Assembly (NCBI GenBank): GCA_965248925.1
Contig: CBDFLE010000006.1
Location: forward strand, 963,700 to 1,027,699
Length of the DNA stretch: 64,000 nt
Origin: Candidatus Multivoradales bacterium
GTDB lineage: Bacteria; Acidobacteriota; Thermoanaerobaculia; Multivoradales; J023
Direction of reading: 5' to 3'
Part shown: piece by piece, positions 37,644 through 47,252 of the stretch
How positions within the stretch are numbered: position 1 is the stretch's first letter
Layout of the letters: every line of letters starts with the position of its first letter
Made by a program: the position numbers and the translations under genes
Notes under the pieces: model-generated
What the model saw: only the letters and a program-made list of their open reading frames with translations
What the model was told of the DNA's origin: nothing
The model's database searches: none

Positions 37644-37695
37644 GCAAGATCGCACTGCAAGATCGCACTGCAAGATCGCACTGCAAGATCGCACT
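37644..37695. repeat. Perfect 13-bp tandem repeat x4 (gcaagatcgcact) in the intergenic/promoter region upstream of the DHS-like gene.
   Basis: Read directly: accgcaagatcgcactgcaagatcgcactgcaagatcgcactgcaagatcgcactgcgg. Confidence 0.85.
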
Positions 37696-37755
37696 GCGGA
37701 AGCGCCGCGACAGCCGCCGGCGGCAGATGGAAAGCCGACGTGAGGAGTCCGCCCC

Positions 37756-38736
37756 TTGAGCGACGAAAATATCTCAGTGCGCGACTTCATGCGGCGCAAC
37801 TTTCGCCACTTCAACGCCCGCTCGGTGGTCGAGGCGGCCGACGCCTGGGTCGCTCAGCTGCGCCAGGGCAACCACATGTTTCTCACCCTGGCTGGGGCGA
37901 TGAGCACCGCCGAGATCGGCCTCCAGCTGGCCGAGATGATCCGCCGTGGCAAAGTCCACGGCATCTGCTGCACCGGCGCCAATCTCGAGGAAGACCTGTT
38001 CAACCTGGTCGCCCACGACCACTACCAGCGGATCGCCGATTGGCGTTCGCTGACCGCCGGGAATGAGGCCGAACTCGCCGAGCACGGCCTCAACCGGGTG
38101 ACCGACACCTGTATCCCTGAAGTCCAGGCGATGCGCAAGATCGAGCAGCTGATCGCCCTGCGGTGGCACGATGCCGAGGCCGCTGGCCAGCGCCACCTGC
38201 CGCACCAGTTCGTCTATCAGCTGCTACTCAGCGGCGACCTCGAGGAGGCTTACCAGATCGATCCCAACGACTGCTGGCTATTGGCGGCGGCGCAGCGGGA
38301 CCTGCCCCTCTTCGTCCCCGGCTGGGAGGATTCGACCCTCGGCAACATGTTCGTCGCCCGCCATCTGAGCGGCGAGATCGCCAATCTCGACACCGTCAAA
38401 GGGGGCTTGCACTACATGCAGGAATTGGTCGATTGGTACCGCCGCGAGACGGCGGAGCGATGTCTCGGGTTTTTCCAAATCGGTGGCGGAATCGCCGGCG
38501 ATTTCCCAATCTGCGTGGTGCCGCTGATCCAACAGGATCTGGACCAGGAGATTGGCTTGTGGTCCTACTTCTGCCAGGTCAGCGACAGCACCACCTCCTA
38601 CGGCTCCTACAGTGGCGCGGTGCCGAACGAGAAGATCAGCTGGGGCAAACTGGCGCCGGAGACGCCGAAGTTCATCATCGAGAGCGACGCTTCGATCGTC
38701 GCGCCGCTGGTCTTCGCCTGGGTCCTGGCAAGCTAG
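37756..38736 (+). CDS. Deoxyhypusine synthase-like (DHS/homospermidine-synthase family) protein.
   Basis: FMRRNFRHFNARSV...TLAGAMSTAEIG...KVHGICCTGANLEEDLFNL. TTG start with GAGGAG RBS. Confidence 0.75.
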   Translation: MSDENISVRDFMRRNFRHFNARSVVEAADAWVAQLRQGNHMFLTLAGAMSTAEIGLQLAEMIRRGKVHGICCTGANLEEDLFNLVAHDHYQRIADWRSLTAGNEAELAEHGLNRVTDTCIPEVQAMRKIEQLIALRWHDAEAAGQRHLPHQFVYQLLLSGDLEEAYQIDPNDCWLLAAAQRDLPLFVPGWEDSTLGNMFVARHLSGEIANLDTVKGGLHYMQELVDWYRRETAERCLGFFQIGGGIAGDFPICVVPLIQQDLDQEIGLWSYFCQVSDSTTSYGSYSGAVPNEKISWGKLAPETPKFIIESDASIVAPLVFAWVLAS

Positions 38737-38811
38737 CCGCGACGGTCGACTAGAACGTGGTGTGTTAAAACAGGGACCGCCACTCTTTGACCCAACTCTG
38801 GAGGACCGCCC

Positions 38812-40197
38812 ATGGCCCGCTTCCGCGTCCCGCACACGCTCGTCCTGCTCTTCGCCATGATCGTCTTGGCCCTGCTGATGTCCTACATCCTGCCCCAGGG
38901 CGAGTTCGAGCGCTTCGAGAACGCCAACGGTCGGCAGCAGGTCAAGGCGGGCACCTACACCATGCTCGAGGACGTCGAGCGAGTCTCGCCGCTGGCCATC
39001 TTCACCGCCATTCCTCGGGGCTTCGAAGCGGCGGCGGAGATCATCTTCTTCGTCTTCATCGCCGGTGGCATGTTCGCCGTGCTGCGCAAAACCGGCACCG
39101 TCGACGCGCTGATTGGCCTCTTGCTCGACAAACTGGGCGGCGCCCCACAGCTGCTGATCGGCGGCGGCATCTTCGTCTTCGCCGTCGGCTCAAGCACCAT
39201 CGGCATGGCCGAGGAGTACATCCCCTTCGTGCCGGTGCTGCTCGCCCTATGCTTCGGCCTGGGCTTCGACGCGGTGACCGCCATCGGCATCCTCTGCGTT
39301 GGCTACGGGGTGGGCTATGGCACCGCGCTGATCAACCCTTTCACCGTGCTGATCGCCCAGGACGTCGCCGAGCTGCAGCCGACCTCGGGACTGGGTTATC
39401 GCGCGCTGCTGTTCTTCGTCTTCGTGGCACTCGGCACGCACCACGTCTGGTCCTACGCCAAGCGAGTGCGCAAAGACCCGGCGGCGAGCCTGGTGGCCGA
39501 CATTGAGCCCGACCCGAGCCTCAAGGCCGCCGAGCGGGTACCGATGACCAGCAGCCATTGGCTGATCCTGGCCATTCTGCTGGCGACCATCGGTCTGATC
39601 GTCTGGGGCCTCAGTCAGTGGTCGGGATGGCATTGGTACGTCCACGAAATGGGCGCTGTCTTTCTAGGTTTGTCCGTGGTGTTGGCGCTGGTCGGCCGGC
39701 TGAGTCCAGACTCCGCCGCCAAATCGTTCTGTGCCGGCGCTGCCGAACTCACCACCACGGCGTTGCTGATCGGTTTTGCCCGCTCGATTCTGATCATCCT
39801 CGAAGACGGCAGGGTGATCGACACTTTGGTGCACGGTATCTCGCTGCCCTTGACCCACGCCGGTCCGATGCTGGCGGCGGGCGGCATGCTGGCCTTCCAG
39901 AGCCTGTGCAACCTCTTCATCCCCTCCGGCTCGGGCCAGGCCTACGTCACCATGCCGATCATGGCGCCGCTCGGCGACTTGGTTGGAGTGCAACGGCAGG
40001 TGGCGGTGCTGGCCTACCAATTCGGCGACGGCTTGACCAACATCCTGGTGCCCACCAACGCGGTGTTGATCGGCATCCTGACCATGGCCCGGATCCCTTA
40101 CGACCGCTGGTTACGCTTCATCCTGCCGTTCATGTTCAAGGCCTGGGCCTTGGCCGCCGTGGCCTTGGCGGTGGCGGTCTGGTTCGGTTACAACTAG
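38812..40197 (+). CDS. YfcC-family polytopic transporter (putative basic amino acid/C4-dicarboxylate carrier-like).
   Basis: 461 aa, ~12 TM. Architecture and motifs ([18 protein letters not shown]) are consistent with YfcC/DcuC-like carriers. Family call is moderate. Confidence 0.55.
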   Translation: MARFRVPHTLVLLFAMIVLALLMSYILPQGEFERFENANGRQQVKAGTYTMLEDVERVSPLAIFTAIPRGFEAAAEIIFFVFIAGGMFAVLRKTGTVDALIGLLLDKLGGAPQLLIGGGIFVFAVGSSTIGMAEEYIPFVPVLLALCFGLGFDAVTAIGILCVGYGVGYGTALINPFTVLIAQDVAELQPTSGLGYRALLFFVFVALGTHHVWSYAKRVRKDPAASLVADIEPDPSLKAAERVPMTSSHWLILAILLATIGLIVWGLSQWSGWHWYVHEMGAVFLGLSVVLALVGRLSPDSAAKSFCAGAAELTTTALLIGFARSILIILEDGRVIDTLVHGISLPLTHAGPMLAAGGMLAFQSLCNLFIPSGSGQAYVTMPIMAPLGDLVGVQRQVAVLAYQFGDGLTNILVPTNAVLIGILTMARIPYDRWLRFILPFMFKAWALAAVALAVAVWFGYN

Positions 40198-40235
40198 AAT
40201 TCGTCCTTCCACTACTTGTTCGAGGATCTCTTTCT

Positions 40236-42893
40236 ATGCCCTCAGGCCTTGCCCGTTTCTTATCGCCATCGCCCGGTGTGTTCCGCCTCTCCACCAAGAC
40301 CGTGGGCAGTCTGCTGCTGGCCGCCACCCTGCTGCTGGCGGGTTGTGGCGACTCGGGGGAGCCACCGGCCTTCAAAATCTTGCTCGAGCACTCGGGGGTC
40401 TATGCGGTCAGCTGGGATCAGCTGAGCCTCGCCGGCCTCGGCCAACGGCGCCCCGACTCCGCGAACCTCGGCGTCACCCACCTCGGCGAACCGCTGCCGA
40501 TTTGGTTGGTCGACGGCGGCGATGGCCACTTCGACCCCGGCGACCATTTCGAGTTCATCGGCCAAGCTCGCCCCGGAGACAGGTCCTATTTCAGCGAACA
40601 TGATCCCTGGAATGCCTACCGCCTGAGCTTCGATGGCAGCGCCGTCGAGCGCTTGCAAGACGGCTCCACCACCGCCGGCAGCTCTAGCCCAGCTGCTTCG
40701 GCAAGCGGTTTCTTCAGTGTTCGGGAGCACCTTGAACGTGATCGTCTGATGCTGCGCTTCGCCCGCGACCGCACGGGCACCTCACCCGAGCCCTGGTACT
40801 GGGCCAAGCTGACTCAGATCGACCACCATCCCTTCAAGCAGCTGCTCGACCTCTCGACCTTGGATCGCCAATCGCCACGGCCCTTGTCCCTGCGCATTGA
40901 GCTGCGCGGTTGGTCGAAGCAGCCGCGCAAGCCGGCCGGCGCTGCGGCCGATCATCGCGTCGAAGTGCTGTTTAACCAAGAGTTGATCGGCGCTGGTGAG
41001 TGGGATGGCCAAGAGGCCTTCGTCATCGACATTCCGCAAGTGCCCCGCAAGCTCCTGCGGCGGCGCGCTGAGCAAGCTCTGAAGCTGCGAATACCGCAAC
41101 GCAAGGCTGGAGACAAGGACGAGTTCCTGGTCGATGTGGTGATGCTGAACTGGATCGAGATCGAATTTCCGCGCACGGATCAACTGAGCGAAGTCCAGGA
41201 GCGTCTGTTCCTCGACGGCGCCGATCTCGCAACTCCCCTGCGCCTCGAATCCAACGCTCCACCGGTGCTCTACAGCGACCGCTTCCGGATCGAAATCGAC
41301 CCGGCGGCGGACGGCACTTTCTTGCCTCCCGCCGAAAATGCACGGCTCTACGCCGTACCCACCGGTACCCTGTTGACCGCGGACAGGGTGCTGATCGACA
41401 CCCCTTCCTCGCTGCGCGACGACCAGCTCCAAGCCGACTATTTGATGATCGCCCATCGCAGTCTGAAGCAAGAGATCGAGCCCCTCGCCAAGCTCCACCG
41501 CGAGCGCGGCTTGGCGGTCACGGTGATCGACGCGGAGGACATCTACGACGAGTTCTCCCACGGCCTGGTCGAGCCGCGGGCCATCCGTGACTTTATCGAC
41601 CACGCCTACCATCACTGGCAAGCGCCGCGGCCACGCTTCGTGCTACTGGTGGGCGACGCCAGTTGGGATACTCGCAACGAGGACAATCTGGACCGCAACT
41701 ACGCCGATTGGACCTACCGCGGTGGCGAAGTGCGGCGCTTCTGGAAGAACGACAGCACCGCCTATGCCGACGACAGCGGCGCTAGCCGCAACCTGATTCC
41801 AACCTGGCACTACCAGTCCCACGAGGGCCACGCCGCCAGCGACAACTTCTTTGTCAATGTCGCCGCCCGCTTGGAGGGCGACGCCGACGCAGTGAAGAAC
41901 TTCCACCCCGAGCTGGCGATCGGTCGCTTGCCGGTGACCGAGCCGGCGGAAGTCGCCCAGATCGTCGCCAAGATCAAGCGCTACGTCGAGACTCCCCAGG
42001 TTGGCGAATGGAAACGGCGGGTGCTGTGGATCACCAACGAGAACCGCATCTACCAAAAGCAAGACGACAATCTGGCCAATAAACTAGGGGCCCATGGCTA
42101 CGCCGCGGCCAAGATCTACCCCAAACCGCAAGAGAAAGACAACGTCCACCACCAGCAAGCACTGCTCGACGCCTTCGACGAGGGCAACCTCCTGGTCCAC
42201 TTCATCGGCCACGGCGGCCGCTACATCTGGCGCACCGGGCCGCCCGATGTGCGCAAGAACCACGACCTCTTCACCCTCGATCACCTCGATCAACTACAGC
42301 CCCACGACCGGCTGCCGGTGGTGCTCAGCCTGACCTGCTACTCGGCCCCCTTCGACCACCCATCGGCCGATTCAATCGGCGAGAAGTTCCTGCGCCTGCC
42401 AGATCGCGGCGCCATCGCGGTGTTCGCCGCCTCCTGGCGCAACAATCCAACTTCGTGGTTTGGCGAGACCTTGACCCATGAACTCACCGACCGCCAAGTC
42501 GCTACCGTCGGCGAAGCGATCCGCCGTGCCAAACGGCAAATCCGCAACGCCGACCTAGTCGAGACCTACAACTTGCTGGGCGACCCGGCCTTGCCCCTGG
42601 CACGACCTCAGCTGGATCTGGAGTTGGCCCTAGAGGCCGACCGGCAGGTGCTGAAGGTGCGGCTACCAACCAAGAAATTCAACGGCCAGGCGATCGTCGA
42701 CTGGCACGGCTACAGCGGTGAATTAATCAACAGCGACCAGATCGAGGTGCGCGGCGACACCTTCGAGGCGCCGTGTCCGGCAAACTGCGGCGAACCAGGT
42801 GGCACGGTGCGGATCTATGCTTGGGACCCGCGGCAACAGCTCGACGCGGTCGGCGGAATGCGCTTCAAAGGCTCGCCGAACAAGCCCTCTTGA
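40236..42893 (+). CDS. Gingipain-like peptidase C25 family lipoprotein.
   Basis: Lipobox LLLAGCGD. C25 catalytic His/Cys context: FVLLVGDASWD, LLVHFIGHGGRY, VVLSLTCYSAPFD. Confidence 0.7.
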   Translation: MPSGLARFLSPSPGVFRLSTKTVGSLLLAATLLLAGCGDSGEPPAFKILLEHSGVYAVSWDQLSLAGLGQRRPDSANLGVTHLGEPLPIWLVDGGDGHFDPGDHFEFIGQARPGDRSYFSEHDPWNAYRLSFDGSAVERLQDGSTTAGSSSPAASASGFFSVREHLERDRLMLRFARDRTGTSPEPWYWAKLTQIDHHPFKQLLDLSTLDRQSPRPLSLRIELRGWSKQPRKPAGAAADHRVEVLFNQELIGAGEWDGQEAFVIDIPQVPRKLLRRRAEQALKLRIPQRKAGDKDEFLVDVVMLNWIEIEFPRTDQLSEVQERLFLDGADLATPLRLESNAPPVLYSDRFRIEIDPAADGTFLPPAENARLYAVPTGTLLTADRVLIDTPSSLRDDQLQADYLMIAHRSLKQEIEPLAKLHRERGLAVTVIDAEDIYDEFSHGLVEPRAIRDFIDHAYHHWQAPRPRFVLLVGDASWDTRNEDNLDRNYADWTYRGGEVRRFWKNDSTAYADDSGASRNLIPTWHYQSHEGHAASDNFFVNVAARLEGDADAVKNFHPELAIGRLPVTEPAEVAQIVAKIKRYVETPQVGEWKRRVLWITNENRIYQKQDDNLANKLGAHGYAAAKIYPKPQEKDNVHHQQALLDAFDEGNLLVHFIGHGGRYIWRTGPPDVRKNHDLFTLDHLDQLQPHDRLPVVLSLTCYSAPFDHPSADSIGEKFLRLPDRGAIAVFAASWRNNPTSWFGETLTHELTDRQVATVGEAIRRAKRQIRNADLVETYNLLGDPALPLARPQLDLELALEADRQVLKVRLPTKKFNGQAIVDWHGYSGELINSDQIEVRGDTFEAPCPANCGEPGGTVRIYAWDPRQQLDAVGGMRFKGSPNKPS

Positions 42894-43078
42894 GCTGCTT
42901 GCAGGCCCAGTTTGATCCATGGTATTCTTCCTCTACTAATTAAAGACTAGCGGAACTTGAGGGAGATCCAAGGCCCGCTCGACACTCTCCCCGTGCCTTG
43001 CCGGCGGAGAAAGTCAACCCAACCCCAACGCCCCTCTGCGGTCTCACTTTCAGACCAGCGGATCGGAGGAATTCTGGA

Positions 43079-43702
43079 ATGTTGAAGATTGCACGCTTTG
43101 CCTTGATCGCCGCCGCCCTCTGCCTGGTGGTCGGCAGCGCCTGGAGCACCGGCAGCGTCACCACCGGCGATGCCGCGGTGCCAATCCCTGACAACTCCGC
43201 CGGCACTTTCGCCTGCCAATCGCTGATGGTGGCTGCCGACGGGGTCAACGGTGACAACATCACCGATCTGACGGTGACCATCGGTGTGGATCACTCCTGG
43301 GTTGGCGACACCACCCTACAGCTGACCGGCCCGAATTGTGGCCCACTCAACGTTTACGCCCGCCCGGGCGCCGCGGCCGGCGTCGGCGCCGGCGATTCGA
43401 GCGATCTCTGCGCGGCGACGCCGCTCGGCTTCAACGATGGCAACGCGACGGATGCCGAAACCATGGGCGCCCCCGAAGCTGGCGGGTCCTGCGTCGGCAC
43501 TTCCGGTCCGCTGGCGTATTTCTCCAACGGTGACGAGGTGGGTGGTGCGATGACCCTGACCGGCTGTGTTGGCACGGATGCGGTGGGCTCCTGGATGCTG
43601 TGCATCGACGACGCCGGGGGTGGCGACACCGGCACTCTGCAGACCTGGACCCTCGACGTGACCACCGATCCGGTGGAGCTGATCGAGTTCAGCGTCGACT
43701 GA
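43079..43702 (+). CDS. Secreted protein with P-domain-like region ending in the tail ...TLDVTTDPVELIEFSVD.
   Basis: Signal peptide MLKIARFALIAAALCLVVGSAWS. GGAGG RBS. The C-terminal motif is shared with 35922..36605. Confidence 0.55.
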   Translation: MLKIARFALIAAALCLVVGSAWSTGSVTTGDAAVPIPDNSAGTFACQSLMVAADGVNGDNITDLTVTIGVDHSWVGDTTLQLTGPNCGPLNVYARPGAAAGVGAGDSSDLCAATPLGFNDGNATDAETMGAPEAGGSCVGTSGPLAYFSNGDEVGGAMTLTGCVGTDAVGSWMLCIDDAGGGDTGTLQTWTLDVTTDPVELIEFSVD

Positions 43703-43799
43703 GCCGAACTCTGATAGAGCATTGAGAGGGAGCCGCTTCTCCGGAGGCGGCTCTTGTTGTTTATGCCGCCTGAGACTTGCTTCGACGGGTGGAGCCTGG

Positions 43800-45563
43800 A
43801 TGCCCAAGCACCAACATCTTGCCTACCTGACCGCGTTGCTGAACTTGGTCATCGCTGTCGCCTGCGGCTCGCCGGCCAACGAGTTCAGCGGCGCCGACTC
43901 TGGCACAGCGGTCAGCAGCCGCCCACCAATGGTCGACCGTGCATTGGAGCTGGGGCTCGACTTCACCCATTGGAACGGCATGATCGGCGAGCTCTACCCG
44001 GTCGAAGCGCTGGGCTCCGGCGCCGCATTGTTCGACTACGATGGCGATGGCGACCTCGACATCTACCTGGTCCAAGGAAACCTGCTCGGCCCCGAGGCCG
44101 ATCCCAAGCTGGCCGTCCTGCCGCCGCCAGGAGAGCTACCGCTCGGCGATCGGCTGTTCCGCAACGAGCTGGCCGAGAGCGGTGCGCTGCGCTTCACCGA
44201 GGTCACCGAAGAGGCCGGCCTCGAGGCCACCGGCTACGGCATGGGAGTGGCGGTGGGCGATGTCGATGGCGATGGCCACCTAGACCTCTACCTGACCAAC
44301 CTCGGCGCCGACCAGCTGTGGCACAATCGCGGCGACGGCAGCTTCGAAGACTGGACATTGCACTCACGGGTCGCGGTAGACGGCTTGTCGACCGCTGCCA
44401 GCCTCTTCGACATGGAGGGCGACGGTGACCTTGATCTCTACGTCGGGCGCTACATCGACTGGAGCTACGCCCTGCATCAGCTGTGCTTCCAGCCGAGCTC
44501 GGCTCTCGACTACTGCGGCCCGGAGAGCTTCCGCGCCGCTGCCGACCTGCTGTGGCGAAACCGTGGCAACGGCATCTTTGAAGACTGGACCGCCGAGGCC
44601 GGCTTGCAGACCGCCTATGGCAAGGCCCTGGCGGTGAGCGCCGGCGACTTCGATGGCGACCACCACCCCGACCTCATGGTGGCCAACGACGCGATGGAGA
44701 ACCAGCTGTGGATCGGCCGCGGCGACGCCACCTTTGCCGATCAGGGGGTTGAACGCGGTATTGCCCACAACGGCGCCGCCGAGCGGGAAGCTTCGATGGG
44801 CATTGCGATCGGCGATGTCGACGGCGACGGCGATCAAGATGTGCTGCTAGCCCATTTGAGCACCGAGACCAACACCCTCTACTCCAACGACGGCAGCGGC
44901 TACTTCCAAGACACTACCCGCTCGGCCGGGTTGGCGGCACCGAGCTTGCCCTTCACCTCTTTCGGCACCGCCTTCTTCGACCTCGACAACGACGGCTGGC
45001 TCGACCTCTTCACGGTCAGCGGCGCGGTGCGTATCGACCCCACCCAGCAGCAGGCCGGCGCGATCTATCCCCTGGCTCAGACCAATCAGCTGTTTCACAA
45101 CGTCGGCGACGGCCGCTTCGAAGATTGGACCGCCACCGCCGGGGAAGTCTGGCGCCTGGCCGAGGTCAGCCGCGGCGCCGCCATCGGCGATCTCGACAAC
45201 GACGGCGACAGTGACATTCTGCTGGTCAACAGCAACGGTCCAGCACGGCTGCTGATCAACCAAATCGGCCAGGATCGGCCGTGGCTCGGTCTGCGCTTGG
45301 TCGATCGCTCCGGCGGCGACGCTCTAGGAGCCCGTGCCGAGGTGCATCGCCAAGGCGTGGCGCCCTTGGTCCGGGTGGTGCGAACCGATGGCAGCTACCT
45401 CTCCGCCAGTGACCCCCGGCTGCTGTTCGGCCTGGGCGACCAACCGGTGATCGATCGCTTGCGGGTCGTCTGGGCGGACGGGCAAGCTGAGACTTTTCCA
45501 CCGCCTTCAATCGGCCGCTATCACCAGTTGCAGCGTGGACAGGGGGCCACCTCCAAGGATTGA
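43800..45563 (+). CDS. CRTAC1-family protein (FG-GAP/VCBS + ASPIC/UnbV), lipoprotein.
   Basis: FG-GAP motifs (YDGDGDLD, DVDGDGHLD, DMEGDGDLD, DFDGDHHPD, DVDGDGDQD, DLDNDGDSD) and UnbV-like end. Confidence 0.75.
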   Translation: MPKHQHLAYLTALLNLVIAVACGSPANEFSGADSGTAVSSRPPMVDRALELGLDFTHWNGMIGELYPVEALGSGAALFDYDGDGDLDIYLVQGNLLGPEADPKLAVLPPPGELPLGDRLFRNELAESGALRFTEVTEEAGLEATGYGMGVAVGDVDGDGHLDLYLTNLGADQLWHNRGDGSFEDWTLHSRVAVDGLSTAASLFDMEGDGDLDLYVGRYIDWSYALHQLCFQPSSALDYCGPESFRAAADLLWRNRGNGIFEDWTAEAGLQTAYGKALAVSAGDFDGDHHPDLMVANDAMENQLWIGRGDATFADQGVERGIAHNGAAEREASMGIAIGDVDGDGDQDVLLAHLSTETNTLYSNDGSGYFQDTTRSAGLAAPSLPFTSFGTAFFDLDNDGWLDLFTVSGAVRIDPTQQQAGAIYPLAQTNQLFHNVGDGRFEDWTATAGEVWRLAEVSRGAAIGDLDNDGDSDILLVNSNGPARLLINQIGQDRPWLGLRLVDRSGGDALGARAEVHRQGVAPLVRVVRTDGSYLSASDPRLLFGLGDQPVIDRLRVVWADGQAETFPPPSIGRYHQLQRGQGATSKD

Positions 45564-45644
45564 AGCTCGGCTCGGCACCGACCTCGACCCCCAACCATCT
45601 GGTGTAGGATGAGTTGTCTTCAATGACCGCTCTGATCCCATTCC

Positions 45645-47246
45645 ATGACCGTTCCTCCTTCAGGCTGCTCGCGCTGGACCCCCTTGTTGGCGGCGCTGTG
45701 CTTGGCCCTGTGTTCCGCCTGCGATAAACCCCCTTCCACGACACGGGATCCGCCGCCCAGCTTGGCCGAGATCCCCTGGCCCGACCTCGATCAGCTGGCC
45801 CCCGAAATAGCCGCCCAACTGCGCCAACAACGCCTGACCTTGGAGGCCCTGCAACAGCAATCCACCGGCCGCAGCGCAGAGCTAGGCCAGGCATACGGTG
45901 CCGCCGGCCGGCTCTTCCACGCTTACCAGTTGCACACCGCGGCCGAGGGTTGCTACCAGTACGCCCGCGCCCTGCAACCCGAAATGGCCGAGTGGCGCTA
46001 CTACTTGGGTCGCTTGCACGCCACCTTGGGGAATTCATCGGCGGCGGCTACCGAATTCGAGGCTTTTCTCAAACTCAGGCCTGACGACCGACCTGCCCGC
46101 CTGGCCCTAGGACAGGCGCTGGCCGAAATGGGGGACACGGCGGGTGCTCGCGCCGCGTTCGCAAAGCTGTTGGCCGAGGAAGAGGGTGCCGTCGCTCATT
46201 TCGAACTCGGCCAGCTTGACGCCGAGGGCAGCGATTTCGCCGCCGCCGCGAACCACTTCGAACGCGCCCTCGCCTTGCAACCTTCCGCCAGCCGGCTCCA
46301 CCTGCCTCTAGCGCGAGCTTACCGCCAGCTAGGAAGAGAGGATGATGCCGAGCACCACCTGGCCCAACGCGGTAACGGTCCGCTACAAATCGAAGATCCG
46401 CTGATCGAGCAGCTCGGTCAGCTGGCCACCGGCTTTCGCTCGTTCGCCAATCGGGGCGTGACCGCCTTTCGCCAGCGCGACTACCGCGCCGCCACCGCGG
46501 CCTTTGCCAAAGCCGTCGAACTCGAACCCGACAACGCCAACGCGCGGCAGAACCTGGCTTCGGCGTTGCTGCTCAGCGGCCAGCCGGAGCCGGCCGAGCA
46601 TCACTACCGCGAAGCCATCCGACTGCAACCCGACCTCGCCCAGGCGCATTTCAACCTAGGTACGTTGCTAGCCGGCAAGGGCGACCGCGCAGCGGCCATC
46701 GAACAGCTACTTCAAGCTGTCGAGCTAGTGCCTTCGTATCGCGACGCTCACTTCAACCTCGCCAAGCAGCTGCTCGACAGCCGCCGCTGGGACGACTCTC
46801 ATCTACACTTCGAGAGGGTCTTGGAACTCGATCCGGGCAACGCCGGGGCCTACCTCGGTACTAGCCGCAGCCTAGCCGGCAGAGGCCGCTGGGCGGAAGC
46901 CCTGCGCCGGCTCGAGAAAGGGCGCCAGACGCTAGCCGAAGATCCGCGAATCCTCATCTCCCAGACCCGACTGCTGGCCGCGGCCCCCGACCCGTTGGTG
47001 CGTGATGGCGATCGTGCGCTGGCTCTTGCCGAGGGCTTGTTGCGACGGCAGCGCACCGTGCCCCATCTGGTAATCCACGCCATGGCATTGGCCGAGCTGG
47101 GCCGCTTCGAAGAAGCCGCCGCCCAACAGCTTGCGGCGATCGAGCTGGCAGGCGCCACCGGTGCAGTGCCCGAGCATTTGCCACTCAGTCTCGACCTCTA
47201 CCTGGCGGACAGGCCCTGCCGCGAGCCCTGGCCCGGCATCGGCTAA
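45645..47246 (+). CDS. TPR-repeat lipoprotein.
   Basis: Signal peptide with lipobox LCSAC. More than 8 TPR units. Confidence 0.7.
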   Translation: MTVPPSGCSRWTPLLAALCLALCSACDKPPSTTRDPPPSLAEIPWPDLDQLAPEIAAQLRQQRLTLEALQQQSTGRSAELGQAYGAAGRLFHAYQLHTAAEGCYQYARALQPEMAEWRYYLGRLHATLGNSSAAATEFEAFLKLRPDDRPARLALGQALAEMGDTAGARAAFAKLLAEEEGAVAHFELGQLDAEGSDFAAAANHFERALALQPSASRLHLPLARAYRQLGREDDAEHHLAQRGNGPLQIEDPLIEQLGQLATGFRSFANRGVTAFRQRDYRAATAAFAKAVELEPDNANARQNLASALLLSGQPEPAEHHYREAIRLQPDLAQAHFNLGTLLAGKGDRAAAIEQLLQAVELVPSYRDAHFNLAKQLLDSRRWDDSHLHFERVLELDPGNAGAYLGTSRSLAGRGRWAEALRRLEKGRQTLAEDPRILISQTRLLAAAPDPLVRDGDRALALAEGLLRRQRTVPHLVIHAMALAELGRFEEAAAQQLAAIELAGATGAVPEHLPLSLDLYLADRPCREPWPGIG

Positions 47247-47252
47247 CCGGGC

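Noticed and set aside
39558-42893. 1111-aa ORF-track extent of the C25 peptidase
   Set aside because: The N-terminal ~225 aa are an out-of-context extension overlapping the YfcC transporter gene. The true start is the ATG at 40236, which carries a lipoprotein signal peptide.
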